Shown: positions 8,647 through 18,475, counted from the first letter of the stretch. The stretch is 64,000 nucleotides of DNA from a virus (IMGVR_UViG_3300012855_000001:1419-65418); one strand, 5' to 3'. The notes: generated from the sequence alone by a model not told the origin. Program-made: numbers and translations.

Positions 8647-9430
8647 AAAGCAACAAAACCCCATCCTCTCCAAGCACTACCCAGACGGGTGCAACCTCTG
8701 TGGCGGTGAGGTATTGATCAAAGAAAAGATTAACAGGGGTATAAAATGGACTAGCAACAGGGGGTTTTATATCGAGTGTGCCGAGTGCGGGGCCAACACG
8801 GGGCTGTTTTACAATGGCAACCCCAGGCCCCTGGGCCCTGTCAATGAGCAGGCAGATGCCAGGCTCTGGGCAGCGGGTGCTATAAACGCGGTGATTGATT
8901 TTAAACATGCGTACAAAGGCGAGACGCTGGAGCAGGCCCGTGCGGGCGCAATGGATTACCTCAGCAAGCAATTGGGCCGGGAGATCACAGGCCCTGAGTT
9001 TATGAGCACGGAGGAGGCAAATAAAGCGTTTGACCTCCTGGTGCCAGAGAGCACACCCTCGTACCTAAAAATGCACTATAGGTATTACAACACAGTGCTG
9101 TACCCAAACCAGTCCTGGTGCAAAGCTTTTGGCCTTTACTCTGGTTTCCGTTTGCTGAGTGATATTTTTTTTGAGTACAGCAACTCCTCCCATTTTCTCC
9201 TCATTTTGGAGCGCACAGAAAAGAGGGTGGCAAACAGGGTGGTGGCAACATTCCGGCACTATGACCCACAGCATTCAGAAAAGCACGGGGAGGAGCTGGC
9301 TTTATTCCTTTTTGAGAACGGCCTGGACGTTAGTTTTGCCCCACGTAAATGGATTGCAGGCCTACCTGGTGACCATTACCAGGTCACACTGGACAGGGGG
9401 CTGGATGAGGTACTGGATTATTTTAAATAA
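8633..9430 (+). CDS. Zinc-ribbon protein (DUF3268-like N-terminus)
   Basis: CNLC...CAECGANTG...PLG pattern. Confidence 0.55.
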   Translation: MRMSKKQQNPILSKHYPDGCNLCGGEVLIKEKINRGIKWTSNRGFYIECAECGANTGLFYNGNPRPLGPVNEQADARLWAAGAINAVIDFKHAYKGETLEQARAGAMDYLSKQLGREITGPEFMSTEEANKAFDLLVPESTPSYLKMHYRYYNTVLYPNQSWCKAFGLYSGFRLLSDIFFEYSNSSHFLLILERTEKRVANRVVATFRHYDPQHSEKHGEELALFLFENGLDVSFAPRKWIAGLPGDHYQVTLDRGLDEVLDYFK

Positions 9431-9437
9431 CAACATT

Positions 9438-9824
9438 ATGAGCGATTACAGGACAGGCGGCCTTTACTGGGCATGGTACCCACAGCCGGGAGGTGAGGAG
9501 CTGGAGCTTTATTACTTTATCCCCACTAAGGTGGGGGAGCAATACATGGCCGGCGGGCTATACTTGGAAAGCACCACAAAGCACCGTTTAAAGCTCGTAC
9601 AGCGTGTCCATGACGTTTGCCGGGGCGATGTGTCGTATTTGTCGGCGCATGACCTCCAGGAGCTGCTGAGGGCTAAGTATGAGCGTTTAAGCAGGGAAAA
9701 TGCCCAGGCTTTTATCCCTATTGCTCCAGACCTGGAGCCAGGCATGGAGCATCTTATTTGGAAATTATTTGCAATATTCCAAATGTTTTGTATATTTGCC
9801 TATGTGCTTAGTAAAGCACTCTAA
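9438..9824 (+). CDS. Hypothetical protein
   Basis: ATG after an A/C-rich leader, within the track ORF 9159-9824. Confidence 0.6.
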   Translation: MSDYRTGGLYWAWYPQPGGEELELYYFIPTKVGEQYMAGGLYLESTTKHRLKLVQRVHDVCRGDVSYLSAHDLQELLRAKYERLSRENAQAFIPIAPDLEPGMEHLIWKLFAIFQMFCIFAYVLSKAL

Positions 9825-9848
9825 TAACAACCACAAACCACGTTCTAA

Positions 9849-12056
9849 ATGATTATCGAATTTGTAGAAAAAGCCCTCAATAGGAGGTTTAAGATGCTCC
9901 CGCTGGAGGATTTGTCCTACAGTGCACCCAGGCAATGGTGTGCCTTTAGGACTTTGTTTCCGTATGACCAGAGCATATACAGCCACATGCAGACGCGTGT
10001 CTCTGAGAAGTACCCACGGGGCAACGTGGAGGGGTATGAGGGGCCTCTGTTTTGCGATGAGGTTGTTTTTGACTTTGACGGGGGCGAGACCGCTGAGGAG
10101 ATTGACATGGCACGGCAGGACGTGCGGACGCTGGCAAACAGGCTGGCAACAAAGTACAAACTCCCAGTAAATGACATTAGCCTCTATTTCTCAGGGGGCA
10201 AAGGTTTCCACTTAGTAGTCAGTGCTGAGCATTTTGGAGGTTTTCCGAACAATGAAAAGGTGCCCGAAATTGTGCGGGAGACAGTCCGGCAGTTGGCCGG
10301 CGATTTGAAAACCCTGGACATGGGCCTCTATACTGTGACTCGCATAATACGCTTGCCAAACTCAAAGCATGAGGGTACGGGCATGTTTAAAATCCCATTA
10401 AAGCCTGAGGAGCTGTCAATGGAAGTGGAGGAGATTACAGCCATAGCGGCCTCTGGCCCGCGTCCAGAAATACCCAGGGCCTGGAATAAAATAATATTGC
10501 CCAAAGATGGGCTGGTGCTCCTCAAAGAGAATGCGATCACAAAACCTGCCCAGGTGTCTGGCCAGCGGGACATTGAGGAGACAGTGCCCAAAGACGATGA
10601 GGGCCGGTTTAACCTGGCAGTAAAACTGACTCAGCGCAAATACAGTGAGGAAGATTATTACAACCACAACAGGAACAACTACATTTTCCAGTTGGCAGCC
10701 TGGTGCAATGACCTGGGCGTGGGCACGGCTGGAGATGGGCAGGGAGTCTGGAACCTTATTGTAAACCACCTCATAAATGACTTTGAGGAGGTACCCAGCA
10801 AGTGGGAGCCAAAGGACGCTAAAGAGTTTGAGAGGACTGCCGTGGGCGTATACGAGCGCAAACCCTCAGACCACGGGAAAAAGACAGATTTTGTGGCACT
10901 AGAGAGGAGCGTGGAGGGGGACAGGTTCAAAGCGGAGCTGGAACTCATAGAGGTCACAAAGAAGTTGGCCCGCACTAACCTGTCCCTCAGAGATACGCGG
11001 CGTTTTGTTGCTGCTATAAATGCAACATCAAAGCTGGTGCTCCCAGAGGATAAGGTCTCAGAGGTAGTGCTCAGGCATAGCACCCGCAACTTTCAGAGAG
11101 ACAGCGGGAATATAGGGTACACCACAGAGGAGCTGGCACCCAAATACATTGAGCGCATACTGCCCACCCTCACTGGCCGGCACCAGACCCTGGGTATCCC
11201 TTTTGTTGACGAGGCTGAGGAGTATAACTATGCAGGCAAATACCTGCAAATCTTTGGCAAAGGTGGCGTGGGTAAATCCACTCTGCTCATGCACATTGTA
11301 CGTTCATTTACGGCCCAGCATTTTCGTGCTCTCCATTCAACCATGGAGGACAGCGCGGTGGGTATATTTAAGCGTGTAATAATGGGCCTCCTCCAGGCAG
11401 AGGAGCTGAGGGATGACCAGGAGAATGTTGTTGGGTACGAGTCCAAGTACCCAAAATTGATGTCCAGCATAAAAGACCCAGCGAGGAGAGACCAGGCATA
11501 CCAGTGGATGCTCAGGGAGCTGAGAGCTAGGTATGGAAACAGGTGGATTGTTGACGATGTTGGCGGCATGAGCGAGGAGCTTTATTCTAAACTGATCGAG
11601 GCTAACATACGGAAGCACGGCACCGTTGATATGTTGGGGGTGGATGGGCACAGCATGATGGCCCGGCACGGCAATGAGTTTGAGAGTGATGTGGAGAACG
11701 CGGCAGGGCTTAAAAGGCTGGCAAACAAATGGGACATGCTGGTGGCTGACCTCATCCACGTCCCCACCCCTATATCCAGAGAGCAGAGGAGCCTGGAGTA
11801 CACCCCACGGAGTGGTACCAAAGTAATGGAGCCAGCAGATTTTTATATATCGCTCAGCTCTATCCTCGACCCTGAAAAGTCAAATATAGGAGACCCGCAA
11901 TATTACAAAGAGTTTGTTTACATGAGGTACCACGGCAAGCGTACCAGCGGCAAAACGCTGGACGGCATTATGCACATTGACCCGGTGACGCTGACGGTTT
12001 CAATACTAGACCAGCCAGCCAAAGACTTTATGGAGGAGCACTCCAGCATTTTTTAA
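9849..12056 (+). CDS. Primase-helicase fusion (AEP/PrimPol plus SF4/DnaB-like helicase)
   Basis: AEP motifs VFDFDG, FSGGKGFH and RIIRLPNSKH; Walker A GKGGVGKS; Walker B-like MLGVDG. Confidence 0.85.
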   Translation: MIIEFVEKALNRRFKMLPLEDLSYSAPRQWCAFRTLFPYDQSIYSHMQTRVSEKYPRGNVEGYEGPLFCDEVVFDFDGGETAEEIDMARQDVRTLANRLATKYKLPVNDISLYFSGGKGFHLVVSAEHFGGFPNNEKVPEIVRETVRQLAGDLKTLDMGLYTVTRIIRLPNSKHEGTGMFKIPLKPEELSMEVEEITAIAASGPRPEIPRAWNKIILPKDGLVLLKENAITKPAQVSGQRDIEETVPKDDEGRFNLAVKLTQRKYSEEDYYNHNRNNYIFQLAAWCNDLGVGTAGDGQGVWNLIVNHLINDFEEVPSKWEPKDAKEFERTAVGVYERKPSDHGKKTDFVALERSVEGDRFKAELELIEVTKKLARTNLSLRDTRRFVAAINATSKLVLPEDKVSEVVLRHSTRNFQRDSGNIGYTTEELAPKYIERILPTLTGRHQTLGIPFVDEAEEYNYAGKYLQIFGKGGVGKSTLLMHIVRSFTAQHFRALHSTMEDSAVGIFKRVIMGLLQAEELRDDQENVVGYESKYPKLMSSIKDPARRDQAYQWMLRELRARYGNRWIVDDVGGMSEELYSKLIEANIRKHGTVDMLGVDGHSMMARHGNEFESDVENAAGLKRLANKWDMLVADLIHVPTPISREQRSLEYTPRSGTKVMEPADFYISLSSILDPEKSNIGDPQYYKEFVYMRYHGKRTSGKTLDGIMHIDPVTLTVSILDQPAKDFMEEHSSIF

Positions 12057-12074
12057 CCATAAACCGCACCAACG

Positions 12075-12728
12075 ATGACAGACCAAAGCAAAGGCGGCCC
12101 TATAGTGACCAGAGGGCTGTACATAAAAGCCCACGGAGATGAGAGCGTGGGCATATTCCCTGAGGCGTTCACAGTGGCCCCAGAAAACGGCCCCATGTGG
12201 TTCGAGTCAGAGGAGCACCTGCTGGAGTTTCAAAAGGCAATCTCTGGAGCGTTTGAGATAATAACAGGAGAGGTTTGCACCGTTGACCGAAAAGAGACCA
12301 TGGAGCAGAAAGAGCAGGCACTGTGCCTGGATGACAGCCAAACCGAGGCTGTGAGTTTTAGTTTAGCCCAGGTTTTAATGGAGGTCAGGCACTGGCAGAA
12401 AATTGCATACATTAAAGTGGAGGGGTATGAGGGAGGCTCAACGTTTACAGCCGCATACCAGGGTAAAAAGCATTTGTCAACCAAGTGGGGCAGCAGCCCA
12501 TACGAGGCCCTTAGTGCCCTTTTGACAGACTTAATGGTGCAGAACCCCGAACACGCTAACAAATGCAGGCTCAGTGGCTGTGACAGCAACCTGGGCAAAG
12601 AATTGAAACGAGACAAAGATAAACCAGAGCTGCCAGCCGTGGCCGTGTGCCAGGATTGTCAGTATACCAAAGGCATGGAGGCTGCCCTGGTAATGGTTGT
12701 TTATTCAGAGGACGGCCTCCCATTTTAA
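12075..12728 (+). CDS. Hypothetical protein ending in the SSB-tail-like motif EDGLPF
   Basis: 217-aa ORF, Cys pairs near the C-terminus. Confidence 0.7.
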   Translation: MTDQSKGGPIVTRGLYIKAHGDESVGIFPEAFTVAPENGPMWFESEEHLLEFQKAISGAFEIITGEVCTVDRKETMEQKEQALCLDDSQTEAVSFSLAQVLMEVRHWQKIAYIKVEGYEGGSTFTAAYQGKKHLSTKWGSSPYEALSALLTDLMVQNPEHANKCRLSGCDSNLGKELKRDKDKPELPAVAVCQDCQYTKGMEAALVMVVYSEDGLPF

Positions 12729-12748
12729 ACATTACAAACTTTTACACT

Positions 12749-13129
12749 ATGTATTTTAGCAAAGCAAATGCCATCATAACTGGCAACCTGACAAAAGACC
12801 CAGAGGTGACAACAGCAAACTCTGGCCTGACCATTGCCCGGTTTACCGTGGTGGTGAACAAGCGCATAAAGCGTGGGGAGAACAATTACGAGGATAAGGC
12901 TGTGTTTTTCAGTGTTGCGGCTTTTGGGAAAACGGCAGAGCATTGCCAGAAACATCTGCAAAAAGGCCAGCGGGTGGCACTGGAGGTGGATATTGACTCC
13001 TCCGAGTACGAGGGCCGCATGAGGTATGACTTTATTGTGCGCGACTTTTGCCCAGGAGTGCTGCCGCTGAGTGCCCGCTCGTCTGGCTCTGGCTCTGGCT
13101 CCGGCTCAAACTACGGCATACCAGGATAA
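12749..13129 (+). CDS. ssb: Single-stranded DNA-binding protein
   Basis: IITGNLTKDPE...ARFTVVVN...FFSVAAFGKTAE...LQKGQRV OB-fold signature. Confidence 0.9.
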   Translation: MYFSKANAIITGNLTKDPEVTTANSGLTIARFTVVVNKRIKRGENNYEDKAVFFSVAAFGKTAEHCQKHLQKGQRVALEVDIDSSEYEGRMRYDFIVRDFCPGVLPLSARSSGSGSGSGSNYGIPG

Positions 13130-13566
13130 TGGGGCCGAGTCCAAAAATACCGGGGGTGCTGGTGTCTTTATTCGATTTGAGGTACGTGTACCTTATAAAA
13201 TCCAGCTCTGGGCGCATAAAGGTTGGTATTAGCAACTATGTGCCCAGGAGGCTGGACAGGATAGACAAAAGCACCCCTAACAGCCGGGAGTACCTTATTG
13301 GCTCAGCACTCTGCCTGGGTGCCACAAAGGTGGAGCATAGGCTCCAGCGAAAGCTCAAAAAGGCAAACCTCCACAGCCCATACGTGGGCAGCGGGCGCAC
13401 AGAGTATTTTAAAGCCAAAGCCAGCGGGCTGGCAACCTGGCTGGGCGTATTGTTCGAGGTCTATTTTAGGTCTTTGATCAACAACGCGGCACTGGCTTGC
13501 CTGGTTATATTGGGCCCATTTATTGTTTTAGAATATGCGCCAAATATTTTGGAGTTAATGTTTTAA
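13129..13566 (+). CDS. GIY-YIG / T5orf172-like nuclease-domain protein
   Basis: YVYLIKS...IKVGIS...RRL...EHRLQ...TEYF, plus a hydrophobic C-terminus. Confidence 0.7.
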   Translation: MGPSPKIPGVLVSLFDLRYVYLIKSSSGRIKVGISNYVPRRLDRIDKSTPNSREYLIGSALCLGATKVEHRLQRKLKKANLHSPYVGSGRTEYFKAKASGLATWLGVLFEVYFRSLINNAALACLVILGPFIVLEYAPNILELMF

Positions 13567-13620
13567 AATGGTATCTTGCACCCGTTAGGAATTACAGCGG
13601 CCAAAACCACAAACCACGGT

Positions 13621-14355
13621 ATGGCCGAGAAATTGACCACGCTGGAGCTGTTTAGGGCCCGGCAGCAGTCTAAAAAACACACGGTTGTCATAGAAAGCTA
13701 CGACAAAAAATACGACTTCTCTAGCCCACCCATTGATAAAACAATGGGGCGCATTATAATTGGCATAGACTCAGACACAAAAGCGTGTGGAGTCAGTGCC
13801 TATGATACCAGGGACGGCTCTGTGCCTTTTTATGAGGAGGTGGAGCCAGCGTTTATGCAGGAGTGCCTGGGGGATTTGCAACGGGATTATGGCAAAGACT
13901 TGGTTTTATTCCGTCTGGAGACCATAACCATGCAAACCATTTACGGAGTGGTTAAGGATTTGAGGGCAGCCCTCAGGGGCAAGGCCTCAAAACAGGAGAT
14001 CGAAAAGCAGGTGTTTGCGTTGACGTTGCACTCTGGCAGGTGCCATGAGATTTGCAATAGCATAATAGCGTCTTTTCGCAGGCTCCATGCACCGCACCAT
14101 CTGGTGCCCTCCCAGAACAGAACCAACTTTAAAAAAGGCCGGTTTAGGCAAATGGAGGATGAGCAGTTTGTGCGGTATTTGAAACAGTGTTTTATGTCTA
14201 ACAGGGACAGGTGTTACCCGTCTAAAGTTAGCGCGAAAAAATTAAAGCTTGCATTTCCAGCCGTAAAGGTGGCCGGGAGTGAAGAAAATAAAGACGCTTT
14301 GCTGCTGGCCTGCCCTGAGGCCGCATACAGGAAATTGCAGCGAAAAGAGCGTTAA
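13621..14355 (+). CDS. RuvC-like Holliday junction resolvase
   Basis: IIIGIDSD...CGVSAY N-terminal RNase H-fold strand, FRLE, and C-terminal KDALLLA. Confidence 0.6.
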   Translation: MAEKLTTLELFRARQQSKKHTVVIESYDKKYDFSSPPIDKTMGRIIIGIDSDTKACGVSAYDTRDGSVPFYEEVEPAFMQECLGDLQRDYGKDLVLFRLETITMQTIYGVVKDLRAALRGKASKQEIEKQVFALTLHSGRCHEICNSIIASFRRLHAPHHLVPSQNRTNFKKGRFRQMEDEQFVRYLKQCFMSNRDRCYPSKVSAKKLKLAFPAVKVAGSEENKDALLLACPEAAYRKLQRKER

Positions 14356-14370
14356 GATTTACACACCTTT

Positions 14371-14457
14371 CCTGGCAATTCCTGCCGGGAATCTGGTTTG
14401 TAGTGTTGTTATTATCCCGAAAGCCCAGGACTCCCAAACCCTGGGCTTTCTTTTTTT
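14371..14457 (+). ncRNA. Candidate small RNA D (or 3'UTR-derived), antisense to the AACAACAC(A)CAAACCA leaders
   Basis: Hairpin 14371-14389; TGGTTTGTAGTGTTGTT at 14394-14410; terminator GAAAGCCCAGG/CCTGGGCTTTC plus T7 at 14419-14457. Confidence 0.45.
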
Positions 14458-14474
14458 ACCACAACCCATTTGAG

Positions 14475-14900
14475 ATGCCAGTCAATTACAAAGATTACCA
14501 CCCGCTGTGGTCTTATATTAGCCTCCTGGTGCGGCACAATATTGCCCAGTGGCACTGTGAGTGGTGTGCAGTTCCGCATGGCTCACAGATCAAAGACAGA
14601 GCCTCCAGAGTAGTGCTCACTGTGGCGCACATTGACCACGACAAAGAAAACAACAGCCTGGAGAACCTGGCAGCCCTCTGCCAGTCTTGCCACCTCGGCC
14701 ATGACCGCGGCCAGCACATGGACAACAGGAGTTATGGGCGCAACTGGAAAAAGGCCCAGATTGCCCTGTTTGATGCCCAGGAGTACGTCCACAACCCATG
14801 CCCTGAGTACACAGCCCACACAGGTGTAAAGTGGCAGGAGAGAGGGTTTAAAACCCCATACATGGAGCTGCCAAACCCAGCCTGGGGCTGGATGTTGTAA
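14475..14900 (+). CDS. HNH endonuclease
   Basis: CEWC...LTVAHIDHDKENNSLENLAALCQSCH. Confidence 0.85.
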   Translation: MPVNYKDYHPLWSYISLLVRHNIAQWHCEWCAVPHGSQIKDRASRVVLTVAHIDHDKENNSLENLAALCQSCHLGHDRGQHMDNRSYGRNWKKAQIALFDAQEYVHNPCPEYTAHTGVKWQERGFKTPYMELPNPAWGWML

Positions 14901-14917
14901 TTATTTTAGCAGATAGG

Positions 14918-14970
14918 TGCCAAAATATTTGGAATAGTCTGAGGTTTGTTTTACATTTGTATCAACAACA
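14918..14970 (+). promoter_or_regulatory. Cassette-type promoter with dyad operator
   Basis: TGCCA-N7-TGGAA overlapping TTTG, with a TACATTTG -7 box. Confidence 0.7.
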
Positions 14971-14988
14971 ACACACAAGCCACCTATT

Positions 14989-15297
14989 ATGGACTTTCCA
15001 AAAAAATGTAAACTGGCCCTCACAATGGGCAACCTCCTCCGCTCTAAAAAGTACGGAGGCTACAGCCCTAGCATTGCAATGAGCATGGCCTGGGACTACG
15101 TTGAGCAGCTCCAGGAGCTGGAGCACAGCCTGTTTATTATTAAGTTCTACAGCGCAAGCGCAAAAAGAGAGGTGACCAAAGTGGCAATTTTTCTGCCTAC
15201 AGAGGAGCCACACCTCCAGAATTACCTGGACGCGGTGCTGGAGTGCAAAGGCGAGAACTCATTTAGGAGGTTTAAAAGAGACCTCCGAGTGGCATAA
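14989..15297 (+). CDS. Hypothetical protein
   Basis: 102-aa ORF after promoter and leader. Confidence 0.7.
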   Translation: MDFPKKCKLALTMGNLLRSKKYGGYSPSIAMSMAWDYVEQLQELEHSLFIIKFYSASAKREVTKVAIFLPTEEPHLQNYLDAVLECKGENSFRRFKRDLRVA

Positions 15298-15310
15298 AAT
15301 CCAGATCAAA

Positions 15311-15637
15311 ATGAAAGATACCCGCATGACATTTTACGGAGCCACCCCAGAGCATGACATTTACGTGCTCTGGCTGGCTGAGTACCAGCATAACCAGGAG
15401 CTGGCCAGTGAGTACGCGTATTTTCAGGGCCGAACTGGCCCTACTAAAAACCTGGAGTTGGCAAGACAGTACAGGCCCTCTGAGATCGAGAGCAGCAACT
15501 ACCCTGTTGCTCGGACTCCAGCGGAATTAATAGACGCGGCAGTGCAGGCCAGCGTTGAGGCTGTTTTTGTACCCAAAGACAACATACAGCACATATTTGC
15601 CGGATATTCTCAAACCGTATCAAACCCATTTATATGA
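15311..15637 (+). CDS. Hypothetical protein
   Basis: 108-aa ORF in operon. Confidence 0.65.
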   Translation: MKDTRMTFYGATPEHDIYVLWLAEYQHNQELASEYAYFQGRTGPTKNLELARQYRPSEIESSNYPVARTPAELIDAAVQASVEAVFVPKDNIQHIFAGYSQTVSNPFI

Positions 15638-16287
15638 AAACTCTGTTAAGCTTATTCGATTATACAGGCAACTGGGCAGCACCATTTGCTCAGGCTGGCT
15701 GGAATGTGATTTTATGGGATGAAAAGCACACCCCTGACCTTTTTGGGTACCACTCAGACGTAATGGAGGCCTCTGCCGATTATATGTATGAGCATGTGTT
15801 TGATAATTATGGCACAGTTGACGGTATACTGGCCGCTGTGCCGTGTACTGATTTTGCGGTATCTGGAGCCAGGTGGTTTAAAGATAAAGACCGAGACGGC
15901 AGGACTGCCAGGAGCGTTGAGATCGTATACCAGACGCTCCGTATAATTGACATCTGCCTCCCAGACTTCTGGGTGATTGAAAACCCTATTTCCAGGATAC
16001 ATAATTTAGTGCCAGAGATCGGCCGGCCCCAGATGTATTTTAACCCGTGCGACTTTGGCGACCCGTACACCAAAAAAACGGCACTTTACGGCAATTTCAA
16101 CACAGACCTAAAAACAGACCCAGTGGAGCCTACTGAGGGCAGCAAAATACTGAAATACTGGGGAGGCTCAGAGGAGGGCAAGGCAGCCAGGAGCGTGACC
16201 CCTATGGGCTTTGCACACGCTTTTTTTGAGGCAAATAAAGACTTTGTGCACCCACTCCAGGCAGAGGAGCGGGAGGCCTGGGCGTAA
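15634..16287 (+). CDS. Short C5-cytosine DNA methyltransferase
   Basis: LLSLFD motif I, AAVPCTDF catalytic PC, WVIENP motif VI. Confidence 0.85.
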   Translation: MKTLLSLFDYTGNWAAPFAQAGWNVILWDEKHTPDLFGYHSDVMEASADYMYEHVFDNYGTVDGILAAVPCTDFAVSGARWFKDKDRDGRTARSVEIVYQTLRIIDICLPDFWVIENPISRIHNLVPEIGRPQMYFNPCDFGDPYTKKTALYGNFNTDLKTDPVEPTEGSKILKYWGGSEEGKAARSVTPMGFAHAFFEANKDFVHPLQAEEREAWA

Positions 16288-16403
16288 ACTGGAATAAATA
16301 CCCGGCAGGGGCGGGAGGCTAGGCTGTTGACTTTTTGGTGCACACCGTTGACGTGCACCGTTGACATTTTTTTGTATATTTGGGGGAGTACAAAATATTT
16401 GTC

Positions 16404-18107
16404 ATGGATACCACAGACCACAAGACCCACCAGGAGGGAGAGGCACCTAATGAGGAGGCCCAAAAATACGGCCTCTTTTACGGCCGTTCGATAAAGCGAA
16501 ACCGCATAATTTTGATGGTTGCGCACATTCTGTCTGTTTTTATTACAGGCATAACGGTGCACTCGGTCATTGACTCCACGCTGTCCACTTACAGCGTTGA
16601 CAATGCCTTTATTGATTTGTTGACGGTCATTATTGCTGTTGCTGTGTCGTTGGCAATCGAGCGGGGCTATACAGACCAGTGGCACCTGTTTTTCCGGCAG
16701 CGGATACGCGGGTATACGGAGGGCACATATAGGGCCATGTACCGCTCCACACTCATAAAGCTGGTGTTTTTCTCTGCCCTCAACCCACTCACCGTTTTTA
16801 TCGGCAGCGTCAATGTATCTGACCAGATCACTCCAGAGTTTGACGGGTATAACTCCAGGGAGCTGGCTGCTGAGTACCGGGAGAAAAAAGAGGCCCAGGA
16901 CAGCATTGGCCAGATTAAAGTGGCACAGATAGAGGCAGACCTGGAGCGGGCAAAATCCAGGGTGGAGTCCAAATACAATGCCCAGATCATTGCAGCAGAG
17001 CAGGAGCTGGCCCGGTGGGACTCTTTGGAGAAAATACGAAACCGAACGTATTTGAGCCTAAAAACCAAAGCCATGCAAAAAGCTCAGGCCGCTGAGTCCG
17101 AAAAGCAGGCAGAGCTGGCAGAGTTAGACGGCACTATGCTGTCAAAGAGGGAGGAGGTCTTTGCCCAGGTTGAGGAGGCCAAAGACGAGCTAGAGGCTGA
17201 GTTTGAGCACATAGACAAACAGCTCCTCACAGCCAGCGGAAAAGATGAGAGCAGGCATAATGCAACCGGGATGGCAATTACAGCCCTTACCATACTCCTG
17301 GGTTTTTTCTCCTGGGCTGTGGTTATCTCTTTGGGGTATGAGCTGGAGCTGTATTACCACAGGACTGAGCAGGAGCTGTTTTCCCAGTTGGTCAAGCCAT
17401 CGAGCGGCAACGGGGAGCGCATATTTAGGGCCCTACAGCAGCAGGTGGATGTCCGGGCCTATAACTTTGGTTCTCTGGTTGAGAGCCTGGTACCAGACAA
17501 AAAGGATAGAGAATACTATGCCAACAGAAAAACTATTTTTGGCATATTCAAAGGCAGGGCAGCCAGGAGGCATGAGGAGGCACAGAGGGCCATTAAAGGC
17601 CTCCAGGAGCTTATTGCCCTGGAGAGACCAACAGAAAGCCCTGAGGGGCTTAATACAGGCCTAGCGGCAGAGCATGAGAGGTTAAAGCTGGAGCTAGAGC
17701 AGGCCCGGCAAGCAAACGGCACCTCAGACGGCCGGCTGCTGTCCCGTTCTGCCCAGCCCTCTGCCACGGCGGTTGAGCGGCCTGAGGCTGTTGGTATCAC
17801 ATACCAGGAGGGCAAGGTTGAGAAAATAGGCACAGAGGAGTACCTCCTCAAAAATAACCAGGCATACCTGGTTTACCAGTCAAAGCGAAAAGGGCAGGTA
17901 CAGCACCTCACCCAGGAGGACTGCCGAAAAAGGTGGGGCAGCTATGGCAGCAAGCTGTCAGCCTCTAATGATGAGTTAAAGGCAGCAAAGACGGTTAAGG
18001 ATGAGCAGCGCATAAAGAATAAGATAGAGCGGCAGATGGCAAACAGGCAATACTGGGACAAAACATACAGGACTATCCAACAACTGAATAAAAATTTTGC
18101 ACCATGA
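16404..18107 (+). CDS. Multi-TM coiled-coil membrane protein
   Basis: Three N-terminal hydrophobic helices, a long E/K/A-rich coiled coil, a fourth TM and a soluble tail; own TATATTTG promoter box near 16375. Confidence 0.7.
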   Translation: MDTTDHKTHQEGEAPNEEAQKYGLFYGRSIKRNRIILMVAHILSVFITGITVHSVIDSTLSTYSVDNAFIDLLTVIIAVAVSLAIERGYTDQWHLFFRQRIRGYTEGTYRAMYRSTLIKLVFFSALNPLTVFIGSVNVSDQITPEFDGYNSRELAAEYREKKEAQDSIGQIKVAQIEADLERAKSRVESKYNAQIIAAEQELARWDSLEKIRNRTYLSLKTKAMQKAQAAESEKQAELAELDGTMLSKREEVFAQVEEAKDELEAEFEHIDKQLLTASGKDESRHNATGMAITALTILLGFFSWAVVISLGYELELYYHRTEQELFSQLVKPSSGNGERIFRALQQQVDVRAYNFGSLVESLVPDKKDREYYANRKTIFGIFKGRAARRHEEAQRAIKGLQELIALERPTESPEGLNTGLAAEHERLKLELEQARQANGTSDGRLLSRSAQPSATAVERPEAVGITYQEGKVEKIGTEEYLLKNNQAYLVYQSKRKGQVQHLTQEDCRKRWGSYGSKLSASNDELKAAKTVKDEQRIKNKIERQMANRQYWDKTYRTIQQLNKNFAP

Positions 18108-18475
18108 TCACTTTGATATTGAGGGCCCTGGCCCCTGCATTTGTTGCCACACTGGCTGTTTGGGCCGTGGCTTTTTATCTGGTTTACCTGGTGTTTTATA
18201 CTCCTGGCTCAGTCTGTGCGTCCGTACTGGCTGGGCTGGGTGCTGCTGTGTGCCTGCTGCTGGCAATGATAGCCAGCTCGATTTTTCAAAAGTGGGCCCT
18301 CAGGGTTTCACTCCTGGCAAAGTATAGGCGTAAGTATGGCAAAGCCACCCTATCTGAGGGCAGGCTGGGCCAATACTTCACAGCCTTAAATGAGATCGGC
18401 ATAAGCACCTGGGCCAGGGCCGAGTTTTACATCAATCAAAAAGAACAAAGGAGAAATTTTTTGGAACAGAGCTAA
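18104..18475 (+). CDS. Small membrane protein (2 TM)
   Basis: Hydrophobic N-terminal half; overlaps the previous stop codon. Confidence 0.65.
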   Translation: MITLILRALAPAFVATLAVWAVAFYLVYLVFYTPGSVCASVLAGLGAAVCLLLAMIASSIFQKWALRVSLLAKYRRKYGKATLSEGRLGQYFTALNEIGISTWARAEFYINQKEQRRNFLEQS

